Assembly: GCA_051313645.2 (NCBI GenBank)
Contig: JBNRSN020000044.1
Span: 7,812,001 to 7,876,000 of the forward strand
DNA length: 64,000 nt
From: Centroscyllium fabricii
Lineage: Eukaryota
Direction of reading: 5' to 3'
The notes under the pieces: generated by a model
What the model was told of the DNA's origin: nothing
Databases searched by the model: none
What the model saw: the letters and a program-made list of their open reading frames with translations, nothing else
Shown here: in pieces, positions 15,905 to 28,972 of the stretch
Layout: each line of letters begins with the position of its first letter
Numbering within the stretch: position 1 is the first letter of the stretch
Program-made: the position numbers and the translations under genes

Positions 15905-16073
15905 AGAAGTCACACAACACCAGGTTATAGTCCAACAGTTTTATTTGAAATCACCTGATGAAGGAGCAACGCTCCAAAAGCTTGTGATTTCAAATAAAGC
16001 TGTTGGACTATAACCTGGTGTTGTGTGACTTTTAACATTTGTCCACCCCAGTCCAACACCGGCACCTCCACAT
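15905..16073 (+). mobile_element. Penelope-derived hairpin element with a minimal hammerhead-ribozyme-like core
   Basis: 48-bp inverted arms (15907-15954 / 15984-16031, one mismatch) enclose CTGATGA-A-GGAGC-AAC-GCTCC-AAAA-GCTT. 13-bp TSD CATGTGTAATATA at 15892-15904 and 16074-16086. Confidence 0.75.
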
Positions 16074-16368
16074 CATGTGTAATATAGAGTGGCTCATCAC
16101 ATTCACCGCTTGTAACCCCCAGTGTGGGGCCCAGCGGGCAGCAACTGCCCTGCAGTGACTGTACTTACGGGGTTGGGCGGGGGGGGGTCAGAGGGAGACC
16201 CCTGTGTGGGGGGTGGGTGGGAGGGAGACCCCCTGTGTGTGGGGGGGTGGGGGGTGGGTGGGAGGGAGACCCCTGTGCGGGGGTTTGGAGGGATGGAGGG
16301 GACCCCCTGTGGGCTGTCGAGGCCCAATCTGTAACATTAAACTTTAAAAACTCCAAAACTTAAAAGAT

Positions 16369-18198
16369 CCCGCAATCAATGGATCAAATCAAAGCTCTGC
16401 AGTCCTGCCACATCCAGTCATGAATGGTGGTGGAGCATTAAAGTAATGGGAGGAGGAGGCTCCATAAATATCCCCATCCTCAGTGATGGTGGAGTTCAGC
16501 ACATGAGTGCAAAAGACAAAGCTGAAGCATTTGCAACCATCTTCAGCCAGAAGTGCCAAGTGGATGATCCATATTGGCCTCTTCCTGAGGTCCCCACCAT
16601 CACATTACCATCACATGATATCAAGAAATGGCTGAGCACACTGGATACAGCAAAGGCCATGGGCCCCGACAACATCCTGTATATCGTGCTAATGGCTTGT
16701 GCTCCAGAACTAGCCGCGCCTCTAGCCAAGCTGTTCCAGTACAGCTACAACACTGGCATCTCTCCGACAATGTGGAAAACTGTCCAGGTATGCCCTGTCC
16801 ACAAAAAGCAGGACAAATCCAATCCAGCCAATTACCGGCCCATCAGTCTACTCTCAATCGTCAGCAAATTTGATGGAAGGTGTCATCGACAGTGTTATCA
16901 AGCAGCACTTACTCACCAATAACCTGCTCACTGATGCCCAGTTTGGGTTCCACCAGGACCACTTGGCTCCAGACCTCATTACAGCCTTGGTCCAAACATG
17001 GACAAAAGAGCTGAATTCCAGAGGTGAGGTGAGAGTGACTGCCCTTGACATCAAGGCAGCATTTGACTGAGAGTGGCATCAAGGAGCCCTAGTAAAACTG
17101 AAGTCAATGGGAATCGGGGGGAAAACTCTCCACTGGCTGGAGTCATACCTAGCACAAAGGAAGGTGGTTGTGGTGGCTGGTGTCAATCATCACAGCCCCA
17201 GGATATCACTGTAGGAGTTCCTCAGGGCAGTGTCCTAGGCCCAACCATCTTCAGCTGCTTCATCAATGACCTTCCCTCCAACATAAGGTCAGAAATGGCG
17301 ATGTTTGCTGATGACTGCACAGTGTTCAGCGCCATTCACAACTCCTCAGATAATGAAGCAGTCCATGTCCGCATGCAACAAGACCAGGACGACATTCAGG
17401 CTTGGGCTGATAAGTGGCAGGTAACATTCGTGCCACACAAGTGCCAGGCAAAGACTATCTCTAACAAGCGAGCGTCTAACCACTGCCCCTTGACATTCAA
17501 TGGCATTACCATCACCAAATCCCCCACCATCAATATCCTGGGGGTTACCATTGACCAGAAACTTAGCTGGACCAGCCACATAAACACTGTGGCAACAAGA
17601 GCAGGTCAGAGGCCAGGTATTCTGCAGTGAGTGTCTCACCTCCCGACGCCCCAAAGCCTTTCCAACATCTACAAGGCACAAGTAAGGAGTGTGATGGAAT
17701 ACTCTCCACTTGCCTGGATGAGTGCAGCTCCAACAACACTCAAAAAGCTCGACACCATCCAAGACAAAGCAGCCCACTTGATAGGCACCCCATCCACCAC
17801 CTTAAACATTCACTCCTTCCACCACCGGTGTACCGTGGCTGCAGTGTGTACCATCTACAAGATGCACTACAGCAACTCGCCAAGGCTTCTTTGGCAGCAC
17901 CTCTTAAACCCACAACCTCTTCCACCGAGAAGGACAAGGGCAGCAGGCGCATGGGAACACTACCACCTCCAAATTCCCCACCAAGTCACACACCATCCTG
18001 ACTTAGAAGTATATCGCCATTCCTTCATCGTCGCTGGGTCAAAATCCTGGAACTCCCTCCCTAACAACACTGAGCACCTACACCACACGGACTGCAGCGG
18101 TTCAAGAAAGCGGCTCACCACCACCTTCTCGAGGGCAATTGGGGATGGGCAATAAATGCTGGCCTTGCCAATGGCGCCCACATCCCATGAACGAATAA
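16369..18198 (+). mobile_element. 5'-truncated LINE of a second CR1/L2-group family, RT region with stops and frameshifts
   Basis: [46 protein letters not shown]; 3' end GGGCAATAAATGCTGGCCTTGCC...; flanked by a ~33-bp duplication. Confidence 0.9.
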
Positions 18199-18582
18199 AT
18201 TAAACTTTAAAAACTCCCAAAACTTAAAAGATTTACAGTTACTTTAAAAATGCTTTAAAAAGTTGGAAACGTTAACATTACTTTAATAAACTGTTAAAAA
18301 CTTTTAAAACACTGAATAATCTGAAGAAGGAGGATCCAGGGCTTTATTCATTAAATTACATTTTGAGGGTTTGACCTGAGGTTGATTGATGGCCGGGTTT
18401 AACGTGTCAGTGGAAACGTTGGTACCTGAAGGAGTTTCACATACGTTGCCCGTGAAAGGTGTGAATGATGCCCAGTGTCCGCACTCGCAGATTGCTGCTA
18501 ATTCTGTAGAGGTTTTGTAAGCTGCAGAATGATTGAGGTCTTGCCAAGTTGTAATGCCCAACATTATTTTCATTGTTTTAAG

Positions 18583-18657
18583 GTAATCCACTGAACTCAC
18601 TTGACGAAAATGCCCTTCAGACCCTGATCGAATTCCTGGCCTACTTACGTCTGAGAG
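18583..18657 (+). CDS. gal: Galanin-family precursor coding exon 4 (GMAP-like): SNPLNSLDENALQTLIEFLAYLRLR
   Basis: TTGTTTTAAG|GT...AGAG|GTGGGT; 75 nt, phase 1/1. Matches the GMAP motif ENxxxTxIEFLxxLxL. Confidence 0.93.
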
Positions 18658-19399
18658 GTGGGTTCAAAAGGATTCCAAAATAAACCACATGAGGAGTGGG
18701 AGTGGCAGCGTGGAGAGTTCAGCCCATTGGGGAGTCAGCACTTCAGCATCAAAGTTAAGATACTTCAGGGGTGAATCCATCTCTCAATGTGGCACTGGGG
18801 CATTCAGACCAGGAGTAGTAGGAGCGATGCTTTACTTGGCCTTCGTGCTGCTGCGGCTTGGAAATCAGTCAGGGTTCCCACTCCTGATTACTACATAGTG
18901 ATTGCTGGACAATACACGTGTGTGAATATTGTGTGATCAGAATAAACTGATTTCCCCTAATAGTCATAAAACCTGCTAAGACTCAGGCCCGTAGATTTAC
19001 TGATGAGAAATCTTGGAGTGTGGGGGAGGTATCATGGTCGGGAAACATGGAGGTGGTTTTCTCGCCTGGCAGGCGGCCAGATTGACAGGCTAGCAGGGAA
19101 GGCCTGCACTAGTAGGCCGCAGCTGGGGTGCGGGGAGGAGGGAGGGAGAGATCGTGGAGGTTGGGGGGCGGGAGATAGGAAAGGCTGGGTGGGGGAGATT
19201 GCGGACTGGGTGTCCGAGACATCGAAGGGGCCGGAGAGGTGGATCAGGGCTCAGAAAGTTCTGGGGGTTCTGATCACTGGGAGGTTAACAGGTTTGTTCA
19301 GGGTCTGGGGGAAGCTCTCTGCTGCTCCTGGCCCACAGGCTGTGCTGGTCAGCTGACCTCTTCCACCCAGCACTCTTTGCATCCCTTCAGCAGCCAGAT

Positions 19400-20260
19400 T
19401 TCCCAAAGCCCAGGGATCCCGACCTCACTCATCCTGACCCGGGAATCCTAGCTGCAATCACCCTGACCTGGGAATCCTGGCCTCAATCACCCTGACCCCT
19501 GACCCCCGATCTGGGAATCCCAGCCGGCCTCACACATCCTGACCCCCGACCCCCCAACCTGGGAATCCCAGCCTCATTCACCTGATCTCCAACCCGGGAA
19601 TCCCAGCCTCATTCATCCTAACCCCTGACCCCCGACCCGACAATCCCGGCCTCATTCATCCTGACCCCTGACCTGAGAATCCCAGCCTCATTCACCCTGA
19701 CCCCCGACCCGGGAATCCTGCCTCACTCACCCTGACCCCCGACCTGGAAATCCTAGCCTCATTCATCCTGACCCTTGACCTGGGAATCCCAACCTCATTC
19801 ATCCTGATCCCCGACCCGGGAATCCCAGCCTCAATCATCCTGACCCCTGACCCGAGAATCCCAGCCTCATTCACATTGATCCCTGACCGGAGAATCCCAG
19901 CTTCATTCACCCTGATCCCTGACCCGGGAATCTCAGCCTCATTCACCCTGACCCGGGAATCCCAGCCTCATTCACCCTGACCCCCGACTCCCGACCCGGG
20001 AATCCCAGCTTCATTCACCCTGACCCCTGACCTGAGAATCCCAGCTTCATTCACCCTGATCCCTGACCTGGGTAACTCAGCCTCATTCACCCTGACCCGG
20101 GAATCCCAGCCTCATTCACCCTGACCCCCGACCCGGGAATCCCAGCCTCAATCATCCTGACCCCTGACCCGGGAATCCCAGCCTCATTAACCCTGACCCC
20201 CGACTCCCGACCCGGGAATCCCAGACTCATTCACCCTGACCCCTGACCCGGGAATCTCAG
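19400..20260. repeat. ~30-42 bp minisatellite (CCCGGGAATCCCAGCCTCATTCACCCTGACCCC[C/T]GA)
   Basis: Direct periodicity with a variable number of 6-bp GACCCC subunits. Confidence 0.92.
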
Positions 20261-20719
20261 GCAGTGTTAAAGCTGGAACAGAGAGAAAATCTGAGGCACG
20301 CAGCCTGATTAAAATATTTAAATGAGGGAGCCGCCTCCTGTGTCCAGATTGGCTGCCCGCCCCGGCCCGTCTTGATTAACACCGGACGTGGGCGGGTTCA
20401 ACGCTGGTTGGGTTCCTGTTTTAAATTTTTAACATTTTAACTTCCCACCCAACCCAAACCCACCCGTTTTGGAGGTTAAAATTCCTCTGGGCTCAGGACA
20501 TGATAAATGGTCACTTGGGTAAGGTGTCAAAGCATGGCCAACACCCCTGGAACTCATGCCCCAGAGAGTCAGATCTTCCGAGGAGAGGAATCCGGCAAAA
20601 TAAAATGAAACAGGGAAGAATGGAGCAAGTACAAAGCAGCCAGTTAAATGGGTTCAGAGTGACATCAGAAACTGTAACATTAATGGAAAGCCACAGGCCT
20701 GAGGCCTTTGATGGTTAAT

Positions 20720-22205
20720 ACCGTGTAACCAGGGCACAGGTGAAGTGGTGTGGGAAGGGCGATGATGAGCAAGCCGGTGCAGGATAAGATATGGAGAGTG
20801 GAGACTTGGATGAGCTAAAGTTTATGGTGGGTGGAGGATACCATCTGGTATAAGGAAATACAAAAACCAAGAACGAGTTGAAAAATTGGGGCTTTGTGAA
20901 TTAAAGAACGCAGATTGCCAGGCGATATGATAGAAATGTTTAAAATACTGAAAGGATGAGATGGGAAGGTGGAAGCAGACCGTTTCCAGTAGTTGAGGGT
21001 CCACAGATACAAGATTAAAGGTGATAGAAACATGGAAGATAGGAGCAGGAGTCGGCCATTCGGCCCTTCGAGCCTGCTCCACCATTCAATTAGATCATGA
21101 CTGATCTTTCAGATTCAGTACCCTGTCCCTGCCTTCTCCCCATATGCCTTGATCCCTTCAGCCTGAAGAAATATATCCAACTCCTTCTTGAATATATTTA
21201 ATGAACCGGCCTCCACCGCCCTCTGTGGCAGAGAATTCCACAGGTTCGCCACTCTCTGGGTGAAGAAATTCCCCCTCATCTCAGTCCTAAATGGTTTTCC
21301 CCTTATCTTTAGACTATGGCACCTGGTTCTGGACTCCCCGGCCATCAGAAACATCCTTCCTGCATCTAGTCTGTCCAGGCCTGACAGAATTTTATAGGTT
21401 TCGATGAGATCCCCTCTCAATCGTCTAAACTCCAGTGAGTATAAGCCCAATCGACTCAATCTCTCCCCATACGTCATTCCTGCCATCCCAGGTATCAGCC
21501 TGGTGAATCTTCACTGCACTCCTTCCATGGCAAGAACATCCTTCCTCAGATGAGGCGACCAAAACTGCACACAATTCTCGAGGTGTGGTCTCACCAAGGT
21601 CCTGTAGAGCTGCAGCAAGCCATTCTTGTTCTTATATTTGAACGCTCTTGCTACAAAGGCCAACATACCATTTGCCTTCTTAACCGCCTGTTGCACCTGC
21701 ATGCTTACCTTCAGTGACTGGTGCACAAGAACACACAGGTCCCTTTGCACTTCCCCATCTCCCAATCTATTGCCATTCAGATAATAATCTGCCCTCCTGG
21801 TTTTGTCACCAAAGTGGATAACCTCACATTATCCACATTATAGTGCATTTGCCATTTATCTGCTCAATCACCCAACCTGTCCAAATCGCATTGGAGTTTC
21901 TCGACATCCTCCTCACAGCATACCCTCCCACCCAGCTTTGTGATAATTTAGAACAGAGAGCAGGAGAAAGCTCTTCACACAGAGAGTTGTGGGCTGTGGA
22001 ATTCACCTCCAGGATTAATGCTTGACGCAGAAACATTGTCAACATTCGAGATTAGATTGGACAGGGGGATGAAGGAAAAGGGATGAAGGGATATGGGAAC
22101 AGGGCGGGTAATGTGATTAGGACTATTTTCTGACATGGAGGGTAAATGGCAGCACAGACTAGTTGGGCCGAATGGCTTGTTTCCATCTTATAACTTCTAT
22201 GTATT
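20720..22205 (+). mobile_element. Old degenerate CR1 3' portion split by a younger antisense CR1
   Basis: Decayed CR1 C-terminal/3'UTR similarity at ~20830-21026 and ~21940-22205. Confidence 0.6.
21027..21939 (-). mobile_element. 5'-truncated CR1 (HER1-like) LINE
   Basis: ORF fragments 21115-21486 and 21511-21765 carry CR1 RT C-terminal motifs; GTGATA TSD. Confidence 0.92.
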
Positions 22206-22474
22206 AAGTTTATGTTGAGTTTCACATTTTTTAGGCAGCTACTCATGGAGCACATCACTAATACTGGACCCACCGATGGTCAGTGTGTGGGACGCTGCTA
22301 AGATTGAAAAGAGTATAAACGAAGATAAGATAGATCTGGAAACAGTAGTCAGGCAACCAAACTTGGATTTTAAGAGCCTGTAGATGGAGGAGGGGCAACT
22401 GATAGTTTAATTGTGTGATATATCGATTTCATGGACAATTTACATTTTTTAATCCTGTGTCACTGTTTTGGCAG

Positions 22475-22536
22475 AATCTGGTGTCCTGGATAATTCAGCC
22501 GTGCCGGTCTCACCCGAGCAGATGCAACAAGCGTAG
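22475..22536 (+). CDS. gal: Galanin-family precursor terminal coding exon: ESGVLDNSAVPVSPEQMQQA*
   Basis: TGTTTTGGCAG|AA (phase 1, completing GAA=Glu) and TAG stop at 22534-22536. Resembles the GMAP C-terminus (ExGxLD...). The five exons total 372 nt = 123 aa + stop. Confidence 0.88.
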
Positions 22537-22665
22537 CCTCGGAACTTTGAGTCCTCGCATGTACAAGCTACAAATGTCCTCATATGAAAAGGAAACAAGC
22601 CCCACCCCCTTGTGATTATTTGCACGGATTTAAAGGATTGAGTTTTGCTGGTTAATTGTCCCAAT

Positions 22666-22671
22666 AATAAA
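22666..22671 (+). terminator. Polyadenylation signal of the galanin-family gene
   Basis: AATAAA 130 nt after the stop codon. Confidence 0.65.
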
Positions 22672-22856
22672 GTGAAGCGAAGATGCTGCACCTTTCTCCA
22701 GTCTGTCTCTTTATGCGTTTGTGTCGAAGTATCCCACTAAAACCCACTGTTAAAACTACACTTTTAATCAACAACCAAAGTCTGAGATCAGCCCCAGACA
22801 GAGAAACGAAGGGTAATTATGGGAGGGCAGGTCATTTGGCCCATCTTAATTCATTT

Positions 22857-23215
22857 TTAAAATTCATTCATGGGATGTGGGCGTCGTTGGCAAGGCCAGC
22901 ATTTATTGCCCATCCCTAGTTGCCCTCGAGAAGGTGGTGGTGAGCTGGCTTCTTGAACCACTGCAGTCCATGTGGTGAAGGTACTCCCACAGTGCTGTTA
23001 GGGAGGGAGTTCCAGGATTTTGACCCAGTGACGATGAATTATCGGTGATATACTTCCAAGTCAAGATGGTGTGTGACTTGAAGGGGAACTTGGAGGTGGT
23101 GGTGTTCCCATGCGCCTGCTGCCCTTGTCCTTCTAGGTGGTAGAGGTCACGGGTTTGGGAGGTACTGTTGAAGAAGCCTTGGTGAGTTGCTGCAGTGGAT
23201 CTTGTAGATGGTCCA
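22857..23215 (-). mobile_element. 3' fragment of the same LINE family as 16369-18198
   Basis: Reverse complement of that element's 3' end (GGCCAGCATTTATTGCCCATCCC...). Confidence 0.85.
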
Positions 23216-23618
23216 CTATCCAGTACACTGTCAGAGAAACCCTAACAACCCCATTGCAGCATTGAATTGATTCTTAAATGCATCCAGGTCTACTCTGTAC
23301 CCAGGAGTCCGTTCCAGTTATTGATCACTTGCCGCGGAAAGAGGAATTTACATAAGTCAGTTCTGAATTTAACTTTTACTGCTTTGAATCTGTGTTGCCT
23401 TGTCTTGCTCTTGCAATTTAGTTTAAAGTAATTTCCCTGAATTACTGTCAACAATCACATAAACCTCGATAAAATCACCTCTCAGGCACCTCATTTCAAG
23501 GTTCAAAAGCCCAAGTTTCTCCAATATTTCATCTAGCTCCGAGCTTTGACATTTGGAATCCGCCTCATGGCTCTTCCCCACTCTGCCTTGAGTGTTATAT
23601 GACTCCCTTGTGTCTCGG

Positions 23619-24275
23619 TGACCAGAACTGGACTAAATGCTCATGCTGGATCTGACCAGAACTGGACCGAGTGCCCACGGTGGGGTCTGACCAGAACTGG
23701 ACCCAGTGCCCAAGGTGGGGTCTGACCAGAACTGGACCCAGTGCCCAAGGTGGGGTCTGACCAGAACTGGAGCGAGTGCCCAAGGTGGGGTCTGACCAGA
23801 ACTGGACCCAGTGCTCACGGTGGGGTCTGACCAGAACTGGAGCCAGTGCTCATGGTGGGGTCTGACCAGAACTGGACCCAGTGCTCATGGTGGGGTCTGA
23901 CCAGAACTGGACCCAGTGCCCACGGTGGGGTCTGACCAGAACTGGAGCGAGTGCCCATGGTGGAGTCTGACCAGAACTGGACCGAGTGGCCACGGTGGGG
24001 TCTGACCAGAACTGGACCGAGTGGCCAAGGTGGGGTCTGACCAGAACTGGACCGAGTGGCCATGGTGCGGTCTGACCAGAACTGGACTGAGTGGCCACGG
24101 TGGGGTCTGGCCAGAACTGGACCGAGTGGCCACGGTGGAGTCTGACCAGAACTGGACTCAGTTCTCTGGGTGGGGTCGGACCAGGACTGGACTGAGTGCC
24201 CACGGTGAGGTCTGACCAGAACTGGACCGAGTGCCCACGGTGGGGTCTGACCAGAATTGGACCCAGTGCTCATGG
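23619..24275. repeat. 35-bp minisatellite (TCTGACCAGAACTGGACCCAGTGCCCACGGTGGGG)n, ~18 copies, derived from CR1 ORF2
   Basis: The minus strand translates to LVRPHLGHWVQFWS, a variant of CR1 LVRPHLEYCVQFWS. It continues into a decayed CR1 remnant at ~23230-23640. Confidence 0.92.
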
Positions 24276-26561
24276 TAAATATCTCCTGATAAAAGTCACA
24301 CGGAGGATTGGAACACTGTTGAGGGGCCACAGTGACACATCTGTGCTACATCTGACCTGGGAAGGACATTGTAGAGAGAGCTTTGCTCAGCATCTAATCG
24401 ACGCTGTGAATGACCTGCAAGAGCCTGATGGACCAATGCAAGGGAACTTTACTCTACATCTGTTGTCAGTATTTGGACCATCAGTAACTTATGCCTTTCT
24501 GTTTCTGTGTATTATCTTACTTTAAATAAATCTAACTATTGGTTTTATTCTGAACAGACTAAGTCTGACTGTATGGTTTGCTGCCTTTCAAAGTAGACGC
24601 AAGAGCTTGTGGCAATGCAGCATGGTTAAGGAGTAATGCTAGTCTCACTGGGCACTATTCATTTCAGGTAGGATGCTTACACCCAGCAGACAGAGGAGAC
24701 TGACATTCCATCAGTCTCGATTGGATCAGATTCCAGGTGCTAGAATACAAGTCTCTGACTTTGTGAGGATGCAGGATTTAGTTCATAGGAGACTCGTTCT
24801 GCTCGTGGAGACTGCCTGAACCATAACCGTGGTTTCTACCTCAACCATTTAAGATGCTCAGAGAAAATTTTGCATAAATTCTTCCCAAAAGCAAGGAGCA
24901 AAAATCCAGGATATTCATCCATCCTTGCACTTCAACCCTGTCCTGCTACCATCCACAGGTCATTCCTTCAGACTGTGCAGCATTGTGTCCCACACAGTCT
25001 AGCTTTCTCAAATCACCTGTTCCCGACTAAATTATTCAAAGCATTCTGGCCTCGCTTTGCCTACCATTGGTGTCTGGTCTCAGTCTGCATGTACACTATC
25101 CCAGTCTGCGTATACACTGTCCCAGTCTGTGCATACACTGCCTCAGTCTGCGCATACACCATTCCAGTCTGTGTATACACTGTCCCAGTCTGTGAATACA
25201 CAGTCCCAGTTTGGGTATACACTGTCCCAGCCTGAGTATGCACTGTCCCAGTCTGTGTATGCTCTGTCCCAGTCTGTGTATACACTGTCTCAGTCTGTAC
25301 ACTGTCCCAGTCTGTGTAGACACTGTCCCAGTCTGTGTAGATACTATACCAGTCTGTGCATACATTGTCTCAGCCTGTGTATACTCTGTCCCAGTCTGTA
25401 CATACACTGCCCCAGTCTGTGTATACAATGCCCCAGTCTGCATGTACAGTGTCTCAGTCTTTGTATACACTGTCCCAGTATGTACACAGTCCCAGTCAGT
25501 GTATACACTGTTCCAGTCTGTGTATACACTGTCTCAGTCTGTGTATACACTGTCTCAGTCTGTGTATACACAGTCCCAGTCTATGTATACATGGTCTCAG
25601 TCTGTGTATATGCTGCCCCAGTCTGTGTATAAACTGTCTCAGTCAGTGCATAGACTGTCCCAGTCAGTGCATACACTCTCCCAGTCTGTGTAAACACTAT
25701 CCCAGTCTATGTATACATGGTCTCAGTCTGTGTATACATTACCACAGTCTGTGTATAAACTGTCCCAGTCAGCGTATACACTATCCCAGTCTGTGCATAC
25801 ATCATCTCAGTCTGTGTATACACTGTCCCAGTCTGTATATACACTGTCCCAGTTTGTGTATATACAGTCCCAGTCTGTGTATGCACTGTCTCAATCTGTG
25901 TATACACTGCCCCAGTCTGTCTATATGCTGTCCCAATCTGTGAATACACCACCCCAGTCTGTGTGTGCACCATTCCAGTCTATGTATACACTCTGTCCCA
26001 GTCTGTGTATATACTGTCCCAATCTGTGTATACACGGTCCCAGTCTGTACACTGTTCCAGTCTGTTTATACACTGTCCCAGTCTGTGAATACACCATCCC
26101 AGTCTGTGTGTGCGCCATTCCAGTCTATGTATACACTCTCCCAGTCTGTGTAAACACTATCCCAGTCTGTGTATACACTGTCCCAGTCTGTGTGTACACT
26201 GTCACAGTTTGTGTATACACTGTCCCAGTCTGTGTATAAACTGACCCAGCCTGTGTATACACTTTCCCAGTCAGTGTAATACACTGTCCCAGTCTGTGTA
26301 TACACTGTCCTATTCTGTGTATACACTGTCCCATTCTGTGTATACAGTGTCCCATTCTGTATATACACTGTCTCAGTCTATGTATACACAGTCCCAGTCT
26401 ATGTATGCACGGTCCCAGTCTATGTATACACTGTCCCAGTCTGTGTATGCACAGTCCCAGTCTGTGGATACACTGTCCCAATCTGTGTATGCACTGTCCC
26501 AGTCTGTGTATACACTCTCTCAGTCTGTACACTGTCCCAGTCTGTGTATCCACTGTCCCTG

Positions 26562-26799
26562 TGATGCATGGTCAATTATACTCGAGACGAAGTTGAGAAT
26601 CCAACTGAGGCTATTATTCGCTAAGAACCCTGGAACATCCTTAGGCTGACTGGCAACTCCTTGTCGTGGGTCAGGCTCCCAGAGTCTGGGCCTATATCAG
26701 GTAGGCTGGGGGTGGAGTCAGCTTCAGGCGTGCCCAGGCATGTATACACACAGGCAAGAGGCAACTATGTACAAACAGTACAAACAGTGGTTCACCACA
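26562..26799 (-). mobile_element. Solo LTR (238 bp)
   Basis: The minus strand reads TGTGGTGAAC...TGCATCA with TG..CA termini, TATA-like GATATAGG and AATAATAGCC. Perfect 5-bp TSD CCCTG at 26557-26561 and 26800-26804. Confidence 0.88.
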
Positions 26800-28585
26800 C
26801 CCTGTCTGTGTGTACACTGTCCAAGTCTGTGTATATACTGTCCCAGCCTCTGTATACACTCACCCAGTCTGTGTATAGACTGTCCCAGTCTGTGTATACA
26901 CAGCCCCAGTCTGTCTATACACTGTCCCAGTCTGTGTATACACTGTCCCAGTCTGTGCATACATTATCCCAGTCTGTATGTACACTGTCCCAGTCTGTAT
27001 ATACACTATGCAAGTCTGTCTATACACTGTCCCAGTCTGTGTATACACAGTCCCAGTCTGTGTTATCACTCTCCCAGTTTGTGTATACACTGTCCCAGTC
27101 TGTTAATACACTGTCCCAGTCTGTGCATCCACTATACGAGTCTGTGTATACACTGTCCCAGGCTGTGTATACACTGTCTCAGTCTGTGTATACACTGTCT
27201 CAGTCTGTACACGTCCAGTCTGTGTATAGGCTGTCCCAGTCTGTGTATACATTGTTCCAGTCTGTGTATACACTGTCCCAGTCTGTATATACACGGTCCC
27301 AGTCTGTGCATAAATGGCCCAGCCTGTCTATACACTCTCCTAGTCTGTGTATACACTGTCCCAGTCTGTGTATGCACAATCCCAGTCTGTGTATACACTG
27401 TTCCAATCTGTGCATGCACTGTCCCAGTCTGTGCAAAAACTGTCTCAGTCTGTACACTGTCCCAGTCTGTGTAGACACTGTCCCAGCCTGTGTATACACT
27501 GTCCCAGTCTGTGTAGACACTGTCCCAGCCTGTGTATACACTGTCCCTGTCTGTGTATACACTGTCCCAGTCTTTGTATACACAGTCCCAGTCTGTGTAT
27601 ACACTGTCCCAGTCTGTGTTACACTCTCCCAGTCTGTGTGCACACTGTCCCAGTCTGTTTATACACTGTCCCAGACTGTACACTGTCCCAGTCTATGTAT
27701 ACACTGTCTCAGTCTGTGCAGACACTGTCACAGTCTTTGTATACGCTGTCCCAGTCTGTATATACACTGTCACAGTCTCTATATACACAGTCCCAGTCTG
27801 TGTAGACACTGTCCCAGTCTGTGTGTACACTATCCCAGTCTGTGTATACACTGTCCAAGTCTGTGCATACACTGCCCCAGTCTGTGTATGCACAATCCCA
27901 GTCTGTGCATACACTGTCCCAATCTGTGTATACACTGTCCCAGTCTGTACACTGTCCCAGTCTGTCTCTACACTGTCTCAGTCTGTGTTAGCACTCTCCC
28001 AGTTTGTGTATGCACTGTCCCAGTCTGTTTATACACTGTTCCAGTCTGTACATACACTATACCAGTCTGTGTATACACTGTCCCAGGCTGTGTATAAACT
28101 GTTTCAGTCTGTTTATACACTGTCTCAGTCTGTGCACTGTTCCAGTCTGTGTATAGGCTGTCCCAGTCTGTGTATGCATTGCTCCAGTCTGTGTATACAC
28201 TGTCCCAGTCTGTGTATACACTGTCCAAGTCTGTGTATACACTGTCCCAGTCTGTGTATACACTGTCCCACTCTGTGTATACATCACCCAACCTATGTAT
28301 ACACTCTCCCAGTCTGTGTATACACTCTCCCAGTCTGTGTATACACTGTCCCAGTCTGTTTATACACTGTCCGAGTCAGTGTATACACTGTCCCAGTCTG
28401 TATACTGTCCAAGTCTGTGTACACACTGTCCCAATCTGTGTTTACGCTATCCCAGTCTGTGTACACACTGTCCCAGTCTTTATACTGTCCCAGTCTGTGT
28501 GTACACTGTCCCAGTTTGTGTTTACACTGTCCCAGTCTGTGTATACACTGTCTCAGTCTGCATGTGCACTGTCCCAGTCTGTGTA

Positions 28586-28972
28586 GGGTGGCACGGTGGC
28601 ACAGTGGTTAGCATTGGTGTCTCACATCACTGGAGACCCGGGTTCAAATCCGGCCTAGGGTACTATCTGTGTGGAGTTTGCACATACTCCCCGTGTCTGC
28701 GTGGGTTTCCTCCGGGTGCTCCAGTTTCTTCCCACAGTCCAAAGATGTGTGGGTTAGGTTGATTGGCCAGGATAAATTGACCCTTAGTGTTAGGGGGGAT
28801 TGAATATATGGGGATAGGGTTGGATATGTGTCGATGCAGGCTCGATAGGGATTTGGGGAGAGGGCAGGGGCGGGGTGCTGGGTTTGGATGATCAGCCATG
28901 ATCTCATTGAATGGCGGAGCAGGCTCGAAGGGCCAAATGGCCTACTCCTGCTCCTAGTTTCTATGTTTCTAT
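28586..28972 (+). mobile_element. Full-length HE1-type V-SINE in the 21-bp array
   Basis: tRNA-like head, V-domain, (TTTCTATG) tail and GTGTA flanks. Confidence 0.93.

Noticed and set aside
23619-24275. CRISPR-like appearance of regular 35-bp repeats
   Set aside because: Head-to-tail units without unique spacers, no cas genes, vertebrate context; the unit derives from CR1.
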